From: Octopus bimaculoides
Lineage: Eukaryota
Direction: 5' to 3'
Length of the DNA: 32,709 nt
Assembly (NCBI RefSeq): GCF_001194135.2
Contig: NC_069006.1
Span: 6,246,264-6,278,972, forward strand
Of this stretch, positions 1 through 11,483 are shown one piece after another (the first letter of the stretch is position 1; every line of letters begins with the position of its first letter). The position numbers and the translations under genes were made by a program. Under the pieces are notes generated by a model, which saw only the letters and a program-made list of their open reading frames with translations, was not told the origin of the DNA and did not search any database.

Positions 1-281
1 ATATGAGTCAGTAAATAGTGGGGTTGTGTTAACTGCACGTGGAGAAATAATAGGAAAATGAAAAATAATAATAAGGCAGAATGCTAAACTGGAAGCATAT
101 TTTAATAAAGATTTCTCTAACCGGCTTTCATTGCGAAGCAAATTTTCAAGAAGAGGGAGAATGAAAATGTTTTTTACAAAGAAGTACAAAATAAAGAAAA
201 TAATATATAAAAAAAATAATATATAAAAGAATAAATATACCAATTACATTATATATATATACATTATATATATATATACAT

Positions 282-312
<31 letters not shown>

Positions 313-424
313 TTGTGGATTAACTAAGCAACCAATAGTTTCATGAGAAGAGATCATCACAATTGTTCAAGCATGCCACATGGCTCTCTCTCTCTCTCTC
401 TCTCTAAAAACTTTTAATCATACA

Positions 425-465
<41 letters not shown>

Positions 466-510
466 GTGTGTGTGTGTTTGTATGTATGTATGAGTGTGTG
501 TTTGTGTGTG

Positions 511-552
<42 letters not shown>

Positions 553-748
553 AAAGAAGAATGATATCTATTCTGTATTTACCATGAATTACGGTATGGC
601 AGTGTATTATATTAAACATTATGAAGAAATAATATTCAAATCTATAACCAAATGTAACCCACAGACTTAACAAGTGACTAACATACAGGTAGATTAAAGA
701 CATTTCCTCAAGATCATTTGTAAAATATTTATTCATACATATGCAAAC

Positions 749-798
<50 letters not shown>

Positions 799-1399
799 NN
801 NNNNNNNNNNNNNNNNNNNNNNNNNNNNNNNNNNNNNNNNNNNNNNNNNNNNNNNNNNNNNNNNNNNNNNNNNNNNNNNNNNNNNNNNNNNNNCCTATAT
901 ATGAATATACACCTACTTACCTGCCTGCCTGTATAAATATACACAGATATGTTTAGATTAAATTTACATAATGTATTATTATTATAATGAAGTGTTAGAG
1001 TTTCAGAAAAATACTCAGAGAGCAACAGAGCAGATCAAATGATCAGCCAGGCACTGAAGACCTTGGACTTATCAAAGGGTTTGCAGGAAGTGGATAATTC
1101 CAGTTATCTTGGTGAAATAATTAACTTATTTCACCTGGGTAAAGCGAGGTAAATCAAGTGGAACCACATCTGAACAATTTGATAAGGCAATGCAACACTG
1201 GCTGAAAGCTCCATACATAGCAATCACATCTCTCTCTCTTTCTCTCTCTCGCTCTCTCTCTCTCTCTTTCTCTCTCTCTCAATCTCTTTCACTCTCTCTG
1301 ATCACTCGTGGTAGTAATAATATTAATAAAGAACAGATTTGAAATGCTTTCACAGTCAGTTTAATATATATATTAATATATTAATATATATATATATTA

Positions 1400-1430
<31 letters not shown>

Positions 1431-2021
1431 NNNNNNNNNNNNNNNNNNNNNNNNNNNNNNNNNNNNNNNNNNNNNNNNNNNNNNNNNNNNNNNNNNNNNN
1501 NNNNNNNNNNNNNNNNNNNNNNNNNNNNNNNNNNNNNNNNNNNNNNNNNNNNNNNNNNNNNNNNNNNNNNNNNNNNNNNNNNNNNNNNNNNACATATATA
1601 TATATATCTACATATATACACATAATATACATATATATATACACTACGTATACATACATACATACATATACATATATGAAATGGTAGTGATTAGAATGAG
1701 GAACCATCTGCCAGAGAAAAGTAAAGAGTTACTGAGATAGAAAAGGACAACAGAAAGACAAATTTGATTCTACGCATCTAAACGGATTAGATCAAAGACA
1801 GGTGGGATGGTCTTTACATGCTTAGAACAGCAGCAAAATCTACCTCACGTTATACCCTAGAGTCTTATAAAAAAGAAGGATACATTATACGATGTAGTCT
1901 TGGATGTACTATGTCTTGGGAAAAGGTGGGATGATTACAGTTTACCTAGCTTTGATATCTCCCTTGGGGTAAAATATTATAATTAGGGTAAAACAAATGT
2001 AAAATCATAATGGTATATATA

Positions 2022-2059
<38 letters not shown>

Positions 2060-2319
2060 CATATGCATATATACCTTTCTCTCTCTCTCACAGGGTAACC
2101 ATGTACCTCCTCTGTAGCAAGACACCTATTTCTGCCTCTTTATTTCTCTGTTACACTCTAGCCTTTCATTGTCTGATACCAGGTCACCTTCTTTAATGCC
2201 CCATCTGTTGTGACAAGACACCTGCTTCTGTTTGTCTGTCTGTTTGTCACACTCTAACCTTTCATCCTCTGACACAAGTTCTCCTCCACAAATGCCCTGT
2301 CCTTCTCATAATTCCTTGT

Positions 2320-2633
2320 CTTGTGAGTTACTTGGTTACCTTGTCAGTGCTGGTGCCATGTTAAAAGCATCCAGTCCACACTGTGATGTGGTTAGCGTTT
2401 GGAAGGGCATCCAGCTGTAAAAATCAGGCTAAACTAACCACGCCTGTGATAGTGTCACATAAGAAGCACCGAGTCGACTCTGTGGAGTGGTTGGTGTTAG
2501 GAAGGGAATCCAGCCAAAAAACCCCTGCTAGAACAGACGCAGTAGCCTAGGTTAGTTTTTCTACCTGACCGGCCCCTGTCAACCGTCTGACCCATGCATG
2601 CATGGAAGGTGGATGTTAAATGATGATGATGAT
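2320..2633 (+). mobile_element. RTE-type 3' UTR repeat copy ending in (GAT)n
   Basis: ggaagggcatccagctg ... acccatgcatgcatggaaggtggatgttaaatgatgatgat; reverse complement of the copies at 2642, 14376 and 14893. Confidence 0.75.
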
Positions 2634-2641
2634 AATTTATA

Positions 2642-2905
2642 CATCATCATCATCGTTTAATGTCTGCTTTCCATGCTGGCATGGGTTGAACAGTTCGACC
2701 GGGGTCTGGGAAGCCAGGAAGCTGCACCAGGCTCCAGTCTGATCTGGCAATGTTTCTACAGCTGGATGCCCTTCCTACCAACCACTCTGAGAATGTAGTG
2801 GGTGCTTTTTACGTACCACCAGTATGGGGGCCAGTCAGGTGGCACTGGCATCAGCCACACTCAGGTGGTGCTTTTTATGTGCCACCAGCATGGGAGCCAG
2901 TCAGG
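2642..2905 (-). mobile_element. RTE-type 3' UTR repeat copy, inverted relative to 2320-2633
   Basis: catcatcatcatcgtttaatgtctgctttccatgctggcatggg...gctggatgcccttcc; contains an internal duplication (gcttttt..gt.ccaccag.atgg..gccagtcagg twice). Confidence 0.8.
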
Positions 2906-2917
2906 TATACATACATA

Positions 2918-2948
<31 letters not shown>

Positions 2949-3795
2949 NNNNNNNNNNNNNNNNNNNNNNNNNNNNNNNNNNNNNNNNNNNNNNNNNNNN
3001 NNNNNNNNNNNNNNNNNNNNNNNNNNNNNNNNNNNNNNNNNNNNNNNNNNNNNNNNNNNNNNNNNNNNNNNNNNNNNNNNNNNNNNNNNNNNNNNNNNNN
3101 NNNNNNNNNNNNNNNNNNNNNNNNNNNNNNNNNNNNNNNNNNNNNNNNNNNNNNNNNNNNNNNNNNNNNNNNNNNNNNNNNNNNNNNNNNNNNNNNNNNN
3201 NNNNNNNNNNNNNNNNNTATATATATATATGTATGTATGTATATGTATATATATTCTTGTATGTATGTACTAACATACACATATACATACAGATACAGGC
3301 TTATATAATTATATGTGGAATTCTCTTGGAAATACATTCTATCCTACGTAATTAATAAGGTGGTGGTGGTGAGGTTATCTTATTGAAAATCTTTGGTAAT
3401 CAATAAGATTGCTGCCACTATCATCCCCTGCCCCTCCCTCCATTGACACAATCAATGCCAAAAGTTCAATGTGATTATTTAACAAGAGAATTCTTTCAAG
3501 ATGCAAAATGACAAAGACACTGCGAAAGAATCGGCAAAGGTGATGGAATTATAATAACAATATTATTTCATTTATTTGAGATAATTATGAATGGATAATT
3601 AATTTCTATAAATTGAAGAAATATAAACAGGTAAATAGAGTTAAAACTAATTGAAGAGGGCTTTGGAGGTAGGTGGGGAGGCACTGGGAGATTCTTCAGT
3701 TTTCGTTTAAATGGTAAAAGTCTGTCTGCAAAGAAGTTATGTTCATACATACATACATATACATACATACATACATATACATACATACATACATA

Positions 3796-3834
<39 letters not shown>

Positions 3835-4487
3835 NNNNNNNNNNNNNNNNNNNNNNNNNNNNNNNNNNNNNNNNNNNNNNNNNNNNNNNNNNNNNNNNNN
3901 NNNNNNNNNNNNNNNNNNNNNNNNNNNNNNNNNNNNNNNNNNNNNNNNNNNNNNNNNNNNNNNNNNNNNNNNNNNNNNNNNNNNNNNNNNNNNNNNNNNN
4001 NNNNNNNNNNNNNNNNNNNNNNNNNNNNNNNNNNNNNNNNNNNNNNNNNNNNNNNNNNNNNNNNNNNNNNNNNNNNNNNNNNNNNNNNNNNNNNNNNNNN
4101 NNNNNNNNNNNNNNNNNNNNNNNNNNNNNNNNNNNNNNNNNNNNNNNNNNNNNNNNNNNNNNNNNNNNNNNNNNNNNNNNNNNNNNNNNNNNNNNNNNNN
4201 NNNNNNNNNNNNNNNNNNNNNNNNNNNNNNNNNNNNNNNNNNNNNNNNNNNNNNNNNNNNNNNNNNNNNNNNNNNNNNNNNNNNNNNNNNNNNNNNNNNN
4301 NNNNNNNNNNNNNNNNNNNNNNNNNNNNNNNNNNNNNNNNNNNNNNNNNNNNNNNNNNNNNNNNNNNNNNNNNNNNNNNNNNNNNNNNNNNNNNNNNNNN
4401 NNNNNNNNNNNNNNNNNNNNNNNNNNNNNNNNNNNNNNNNNNNNNNNNNNNNNNNNNNNNNNNNNNNNNNNNNNNNNNNNNNNNNNN

Positions 4488-4537
<50 letters not shown>

Positions 4538-4849
4538 GTGCACACACTAACAAACTACAGACACTCTTGTCTAAAAGTGTGAATACAGTGATGAAATATT
4601 GTATTTGTTTCTAAACATGTTTTTATATAAATATAAAAACTAATCATCTATTAATTATTTGCAAGTAACAAACTAAATCGACATTATGTGTTTCGATATA
4701 CAAATAATGAAATATTATTATTAAACAACACAGCATTATATCTTAATTTTGTTCTCTATTTCACAGTGGAGATAAAACAAGGTTCATCAGATTTTATAAA
4801 CTTATGAAATTTTCATGAAAATTTATTAAAAAAAGAACAACAGCTTCAG

Positions 4850-5870
4850 TTGTTGCTTGACACAGCAATGGCCTTGTGGCCAGGAAGACATCAATACATT
4901 TTAAATGTATTTGGTAATAGGGAAAGCTTTGTATTGATTTTGTCTGACAGGTGGATACAAATCACTTCGTAGATCAGGTAGACCTTGTGTCACAACTCGT
5001 CAAACTGATTCTATGATTCATCGACATTGTGTTACATTCCTATTTACATCAAGCTCTGCCATCCAATCACAGCTGTTCACTAAAGTAAAATGCAGCACTA
5101 TGAGAATAAGATGTTGACTGCAAAACAACTTGTTGTTAGATATTCAAAGGAGAAAAAAAATCCCACAAGGCTACACTATCATAGAACCTTCTGGATTCAC
5201 TGTAATTTTTTAAAAGTGTTTTTAGGATCATACAACTGTTTGACCCTTCAGCATTTAGATTACTCCGTCAAATGTAATGTTTATTTGTTTGCATTGCTTT
5301 GAATTAATCATGCATTATCTTGTAGCTTTGAAATTTTAATGATATGATTGTATATTTTAAGAATGATATTGTATGATAGGTGTGAGAGGCCAGATATGGC
5401 TGGTTTGAATGCTGAAGGGTTAATGATAAAACATCCATACTCATTCTATTTGTCATTCAGCAAACTGAAGACACAATTTTAGGTATACACTTAAAAGAAT
5501 CAAGCAATACTTGTTCGTTATGATATGAGGTGGGGGCGATGGGGAACATCTGCTAAGGGAAGAGCTGAGGCTTAGATAATGCCCCAAGCTACAACCATAA
5601 ACTTTAAAACCATTTTGGATATTCTTAAGAAGATGCCTACACATATGATCAACCATAATTGCAGTCTATTACAACAAGATGGTGCACTATGACATTTTGT
5701 GAAATGTGTTAATGACTAATTTAGAGCTAATGTTAATTAGCTTAATTAGATAAATGGGTGGAGGTCAACTCTTGAGCTGAACCTTTGTAGCTTATAATGC
5801 TTCATCAATTTTAAATTTTAAAGAGGAGATAATGCAGGTATGGAGTAGGGAAACTTCCACATCAGGCGTG
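4850..5870 (+). mobile_element. Decayed Tc1-like (Tc1/mariner superfamily) transposase remnant, interrupted by a MITE
   Basis: + strand translates as RSGRPCVTTRQTDSMIHR (RSGRP at 4971-4985), then IRC*LQ (CpG-decayed IRRRL). After the MITE it reads RYTLKRIKQYLFVMI*G, WGTSAKGR...MPQATTIN, LQQDGAL*HFVKCVND*F, a broken NSPDLNP-like motif and KEEIMQVW. These motifs are in Tc1 order with many stops and frameshifts. TIRs not identified. Confidence 0.75.
5244..5419 (+). mobile_element. piggyBac-like non-autonomous MITE (176 bp) nested in the Tc1 remnant
   Basis: Perfect 12-bp TIRs cccttcagcatt / aatgctgaaggg; flanks ttga (5240-5243) and ttaa (5420-5423); homologous copy at 8952-9169. Confidence 0.8.
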
Positions 5871-5960
5871 ACTGAGCAAACCTTTGCTGAAAGGCACTCC
5901 TTGTATGACCATCTCATCTTTGCTGATAATTAATATTAAACTACAGTAATTAATGTCTAA

Positions 5961-6180
5961 GGTGGTGAGCTGGTAGAATTGTTAGCATGTCAGGCAAAAA
6001 ACTTAATAGCTTTTCATCCATCTTTACGTTCTGAGTTCAAATTCCACCAAGGTCAACTTTGCATTTTATCCTTTCAGGCTTGATAAAATAAAGTACCAGT
6101 TGTGTACTGGGGTTGATGTAGTCAACTTACACCCCTCCCCACAATGAAATTGCTCGCCTTGTGCTGAAGCTTGAAACCAA
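5961..6180 (+). mobile_element. tRNA-headed SINE, family 1 (near full length)
   Basis: A-box-like tggtagaattgttag, B-box-like gagttcaaattcc, central tttatcctttcaggcttgataaaataaagtaccagt; at least seven copies in the window. Confidence 0.85.
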
Positions 6181-6567
6181 TAAATTGATAAATAGCAGTG
6201 AGGCGTCTGAGAGATATCTTTTTTCACACTTAGAGATGCTGAAGCCTGGAACAAACTACCTGCATCAGTTGTCAGTTGCTGAGACATTGCATCCTTTAAA
6301 ACCTCCATGCTTCCTGAAATTTGCTGACACTACACCTGATATCCCACCCCCTCCATATGCATGCACACATGTCTATCATGACTCATACACTGTTCACTGT
6401 TCTGACATAATTCTATTTACTATACATGCACCTTTGATGAGTTGTAGTGCACCTGAGCACTATACACTATAACTTCAGTATTATTATCATTATTATATTT
6501 GGCTGCTGTTACTAGCAAGTCAATTAACCACGTAGATCCAATCCATGCCAGCAGGGAACTTGAGCAA

Positions 6568-6727
6568 ATGATGATGATGATGATGATGACGATGATGATG
6601 ATGATGATGATGATGACGATGATGATGATGACGATGATGATGACGATGACGATGACGATGATGATGATGATGATAACGATGATGATGATGATAATGATGA
6701 TGATGATGAGGAGGAGGAGGAGGAGGA
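6568..6727. repeat. (GAT/GAC)n microsatellite grading into (GAG)n
   Basis: Read directly; follows an RTE-type UTR tail fragment at about 6540-6567. Confidence 0.95.
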
Positions 6728-7395
6728 CACTCCTTCAGTCGAGGGCCCCCAGTGCAATGGCAACCTCATGTGTTCTAAAGTGTCTGAAACCTCACTTAGA
6801 TGCAGTGAGAACTTTTAACAGAACTTTCGGTCGGCTGATTGTGAGTCATAACCTGTTTGGTTTAAACACGTACTTGGGATACTCAGCAACGTATAGATCT
6901 GGAGCGAGGTATAGATTTACAAGGACACACCTAAGCTTATTATTTGCAACACGAAATAATCACACACTCACTGGCCAGTATATCTAATCCATACATCGGT
7001 TACACCTCTTCAAACACTCGTGAGGGTTTTAAAGGAAGCGACTTGAAAACAAAACAAAATCCCCCCCAAATTCAATCACTTGCACTATTACGTGTTTGTT
7101 TCTTAAATGTCAGCTTAAGTCTGATAGGAACTAAACAGGGAAGAAAAAGCTTAAGTTGTTTGTTGTAAATATAAACATGGCACAAAGAAGTAATGCATGG
7201 AGTCAGGAGGAAAAAGCATCTGCATAGCAATTTTGATTGGCACATTAATCTCTTTGCTTTACAGTATACAAGGTGTTCACATGGGAGGGGAATTTAGGTG
7301 GTGGTGGTGGTGTTTAGAACAGAGAATATGACAAAACCATGACATATTCACTCAAGTGGAATTTTTGTAATATTATTCAAGAAATCAGTGTTCAA

Positions 7396-7580
7396 TGGCA
7401 GAATCAGTTAGGAAGCAGACAAAATGTATTGTTGTATTTAATAAGGTCATTTTATGGGTTCAAATCCAGCTAAGATTGACTTTCTCTTTTGTCCTTCCTG
7501 AGTTGATAAAATAAAGTCCAAATGAGGTACTGAAAATCCTTAAATCGATTAAACTCTACCCCTGCGGCCTGATTACTACA
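7396..7580 (+). mobile_element. Family 1 SINE, degraded
   Basis: tggcagaatc..., gggttcaaatcc, tccttcctgagttgataaaataaagt align to 5961-6180. Confidence 0.6.
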
Positions 7581-7620
7581 AAAAAATTAAAGAAAAATGT
7601 AAGAAATTATAATCATCAAT

Positions 7621-7863
7621 TGCTAAGTTATGGGGATGTAAATACACTAGCACCAGTTGTTAGTTGGTGGTGGATGACAGACACACACACATATATATAT
7701 GATGGGCTTCTTTCTGTTTTTGTCTAACAAATACACTCATAAGTCTTTGGTTGGCTTAAGGCTATAGTAGAAGACACTTGCCCAAAATGCCACGCAATGA
7801 GTTTGAACCCAGAACCATGTGGTTGAGAAGTAAACTTCTTACTACACAGCCATGCCTGCACCT
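7621..7863 (-). mobile_element. tRNA/CORE-like SINE, family 2: head, internal dinucleotide tract and partial tail
   Basis: Minus strand ggctgtgtagtaag (A-box-like), gggttcaaac (B box), ttgggcaagtgtctt (CORE-like), then (TA/TG)n and a tail ending tccccataacttagca. Confidence 0.8.
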
Positions 7864-8123
7864 ATCTGCAAAATGTTTATAAAAGATGTTAGTTCCAGTC
7901 CCATGACAGCCATCAGCATTTTCTACCCAAGGGATTTTCTTTTTTAACCCAATGTTTATAAGTTATTATTTATAGCTTTATATGCTTTAAGATTCACTGT
8001 TCCAAAAAGAAAAAAACAAAACAAAACAAATAATTTCACATTCTCTTGAAATTCATAAATTTTTCTGATGTTAACAACAACACAAAGGTTTAAGTTTCTA
8101 TCACCAAATTTTAGTATCCATTT

Positions 8124-8499
8124 ATTGAGAGCCTCAGGCCCAGAGGTACCATTATCAGGCCTAATATTTCTTCTGATGTTTTCCAAACCAGATGTGGTAT
8201 ACCTCACAAAGATGATGAACTGGCAGAATCATAAACATGTTATACAAAACGCTTTGCAGCATTTCATCCATCTTTACATTCTGAGTTCAAATTCTGTTGA
8301 GGTCAACTTTACTTTTCATCATTTCTGGGTCGATAAAGTAAATACCAGTTGAGCACTGGGGTTAATGTAATCAGCTTACTCCTTCCACCAAAGTACTGGC
8401 ATTTTGCTAATATTTGAAACCAAGTCATTGAGAGCCTCAAACCCAGACGTGTTATTATCAGGCTTAATAGTTCTTCTTAATGTTTTGCAAACCAGATGT
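8124..8499. repeat. Diverged direct repeat of about 72 bp (8124-8195 and 8427-8499) flanking a SINE
   Basis: attgagagcctca..cccaga......attatcaggc.taata.ttcttct..tgtttt.caaaccagatgt occurs twice, about 80% identical. Confidence 0.85.
8213..8423 (+). mobile_element. Family 1 SINE
   Basis: ctggcagaatc...ttctgagttcaaattc...gggtcgataaagtaaataccagt; aligns along the full length of 5961-6180. Confidence 0.85.
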
Positions 8500-8951
8500 A
8501 GCTAAGTTCTTAGGTTTGTTTGTGTGGCTTAGCAATTATCAACGGAGAGTTCTTATTCCTCATGTGATTTTTATCTTTTCATACGTAATGTATTTTATTT
8601 TCTTTATCTCGAGAAATATTTCTGTTACAATGTTGTTACAATCTTTCTCTGTTTCCTACTTTATGTTGAGCTAATTCTCCTGTTTTTATTAAAATGTTTT
8701 CATAGTTTGTGCAGGGAGCTAAGTTCTACAGTTGACATTTTTTGAATGTTGCTAGAGCTGATTGAAGAGAAAGGTGTCATGTAGGAATTATAGGCTCTTT
8801 CTACCAACATAATACTTTTGTTTTTATTTCCTGGGTCCCATTTAACCTTCTTGTTTCTCAACTAGGGAACAACAGGAAGATTCCTTCCTCTCTGACTGGC
8901 ATGACACTATCATCATAAATACTGTGAAAGAAGCAATTCCAGAGACATTAA

Positions 8952-9169
8952 CTCTTTGGCATTTAAACTGGCCACACCCAGCCGATATATTCAACCTGTT
9001 TTATATCCAAACTAACCAGATCTGATCTCTCACACCTCACCTACAATGTCATTAAATAGAAAAAAAAGTACAATCACATTGTTTGAAATCTTGAAGCTAT
9101 GAGATAATGTATGATTAATTGAAAACAAATAAGCATTACATTTAACAGAATAATCTGAATGCTAAAGGG
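8952..9169 (-). mobile_element. Second copy of the piggyBac-like TTAA MITE (218 bp)
   Basis: TTAA on both sides (8948-8951, 9170-9173); termini ctctttggcatt / aatgctaaaggg; the interior is the reverse complement of 5244-5419 plus about 40 bp. Confidence 0.8.
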
Positions 9170-9419
9170 TTAAGCCAGTTTTTTGCAGACATTTTGATAA
9201 TGTATGATAATATATGACAAGGTTTCCAATTAAGTTACTAACAGAATTATTCAAAGTGAATTCTTTCTAAGCAATTGTCCTAATCAGTTGTTTTTGGTGA
9301 TAGAGGGCAATTACTTTGTGGGTGACACTGAAAGAGAGATTCACAAATGGTTTTTGACAACCTCAGATCATTCATAAAGATTGTGTTTTCCCCTGCTTAA
9401 TGAAACAGATCTTTCGTTC

Positions 9420-9760
9420 ATCTTTTATCTTTTCCTTGTGCCAGTCATTGGGTTGTGGCCATGCTGGGGCATTGCATTGAAGGGTTTAGTTCAATAAATC
9501 AACCTCAGTGCATGTTTTTAAGTCTGGTACTTATTCCATCAGTCTCTTTTACCATGCACTTGAGTTACAGGGATGTAAACAAACAGGCACCAGTTGTCAA
9601 GCAGGAGTGAGGAACTAACACAACACAAAGGTGCATACACAACAGTTTCCCTCTGCCAAATTCACTCACATAGCATTGGCTGACCTGGGACTGTAAAAGA
9701 CACTTGCCCAAGGTGTCACACATGGGACTGTACCTGAAACCATGTCGGACCACACAGCCA
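9420..9760 (-). mobile_element. Family 2 SINE, near full length
   Basis: Head gacacttgcccaaggtg (9698 area) is contiguous with tail cagtcattgggttgtggccatgctggggca...ggatgtaaac...ccagttgtcaagc. Confidence 0.8.
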
Positions 9761-11483
9761 TAACTAGTGAGGGAAAGAAGGACAGGGCCCATGACCCTTT
9801 TTAGCAGGACCTCTGGAATTGATGGAAGGAAGGAAGTAAGTTATCTGCAGATCAGAAAATGGGCACAAATGTTTGTAACAATGAGGTCTCTGTTAAATCC
9901 AGTGAAGGGTGAGAAACTGAACAAGGGCTTGTCTACCATACTAAAACACGAACAGTCCCTTGGTTAGGGTTCCACATAGATTTCCATCTACTGTGTTCCT
10001 GTAACAAAACTGTAGTTAACCCAAGGCTATGACAGTAGACCTAGCCCAGGAAGCCACACCATCAGATCAAACACAAAAATATCAAACTGTGAAGAGAATT
10101 ACTTCTTTGCACAGCCATGCCTGTGGTTCTCGGCAAAACACTTCAAATTTGTTTAAATGTCACCATGGTGTTAGCAGAGATACAAAACTTTTATATTTTA
10201 ATAAAAACTGCAATAGAATGTTTAAAGTGCCATACAGATTCTGGACATACGTTCATGTACATAACAAAGAACTTATTTTTGTTTGATAACCTTTAGAAGT
10301 CAGTTTCCATTGGATAAAGTATCGACAGCTAAAAGAAACTGAAGCCAAACAACTTATGAATAATGTTTCTAAGTGACCCTTCCTTAGTGAAGACGCAACC
10401 TCACTTTCGTTAAATAAAGGTCCTTGTGAATATGGGGGCAGGGGGGGGGGTAAGTTAGAGAAACCAAACCACTGTAACTGTTCTTCTAGAATTTCATACA
10501 GCCAGGATTTTTATAAGATGGACTCCATTTCACGTATAAAGTCAACAAAGATATCTTGGCTTCTTTCANNNNNNNNNNNNNNNNNNNNNNNNNNNNNNNN
10601 NNNNNNNNNNNNNNNNNNNNNNNNNNNNNNNNNNNNNNNNNNNNNNNNNNNNNNNNNNNNNNNNNNNNNNNNNNNNNNNNNNNNNNNNNNNNNNNNNNNN
10701 NNNNNNNNNNNNNNNNNNNNNNNNNNNNNNNNNNNNNNNNNNNNNNNNNNNNNNNNNNNNNNNNNNNNNNNNNNNNNNNNNNNNNNNNNNNNNNNNNNNN
10801 NNNNNNNNNNNNNNNNNNNNNNNNNNNNNNNNNNNNNNNNNNNNNNNNNNNNNNNNNNNNNNNNNNNNNNNNNNNNNNNNNNNNNNNNNNNNNNNNNNNN
10901 NNNNNNNNNNNNNNNNNNNNNNNNNNNNNNNNNNNNNNNNNNNNNNNNNNNNNNNNNNNNNNNNNNNNNNNNNNNNNNNNNNNNNNNNNNNNNNNNNNNN
11001 NNNNNNNNNNNNNNNNNNNNNNNNNNNNNNNNNNNNNNNNNNNNNNNNNNNNNNNNNNNNNNNNNNNNNNNNNNNNNNNNNNNNNNNNNNNNNNNNNNNN
11101 NNNNNNNNNNNNNNNNNNNNNNNNNNNNNNNNNNNNNNNNNNNNNNNNNNNNNNNNNNNNNNNNNNNNNNNNNNNNNNNNNNNNNNNNNNNNNNNNNNNN
11201 NNNNNNNNNNNNNNNNNNNNNNNNNNNNNNNNNNNNNNNNNNNNNNNNNNNNNNNNNNNNNNNNNNNNNNNNNNNNNNNNNNNNNNNNNNNNNNNNNNNN
11301 NNNNNNNNNNNNNNNNNNNNNNNNNNNNNNNNNNNNNNNNNNNNNNNNNNNNNNNNNNNNNNNNNNNNNNNNNNNNNNNNNNNNNNNNNNNNNNNNNNNN
11401 NNNNNNNNNNNNNNNNNNNNNNNNNNNNNNNNNNNNNNNNNNNNNNNNNNNNNTATATGCATGTATGTATGCATATATTTATA

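Noticed and set aside
5961-6060. A-box/B-box motifs suggesting tRNA genes (also 7800, 16690, 28830)
   Set aside because: No cloverleaf or anticodon arm; each continues into a repeated SINE body.
6499-6987. Poly-Met / poly-Ser ORFs
   Set aside because: Translations of the (GAT)n microsatellite; no splice or homology support.
8865-9230. Peptide DWHDTIIINTVKEAIPETLSQFFADILI after removing the MITE, faintly Helitron-like
   Set aside because: Short and weak resemblance, no other Rep or helicase motifs seen; needs a profile search.
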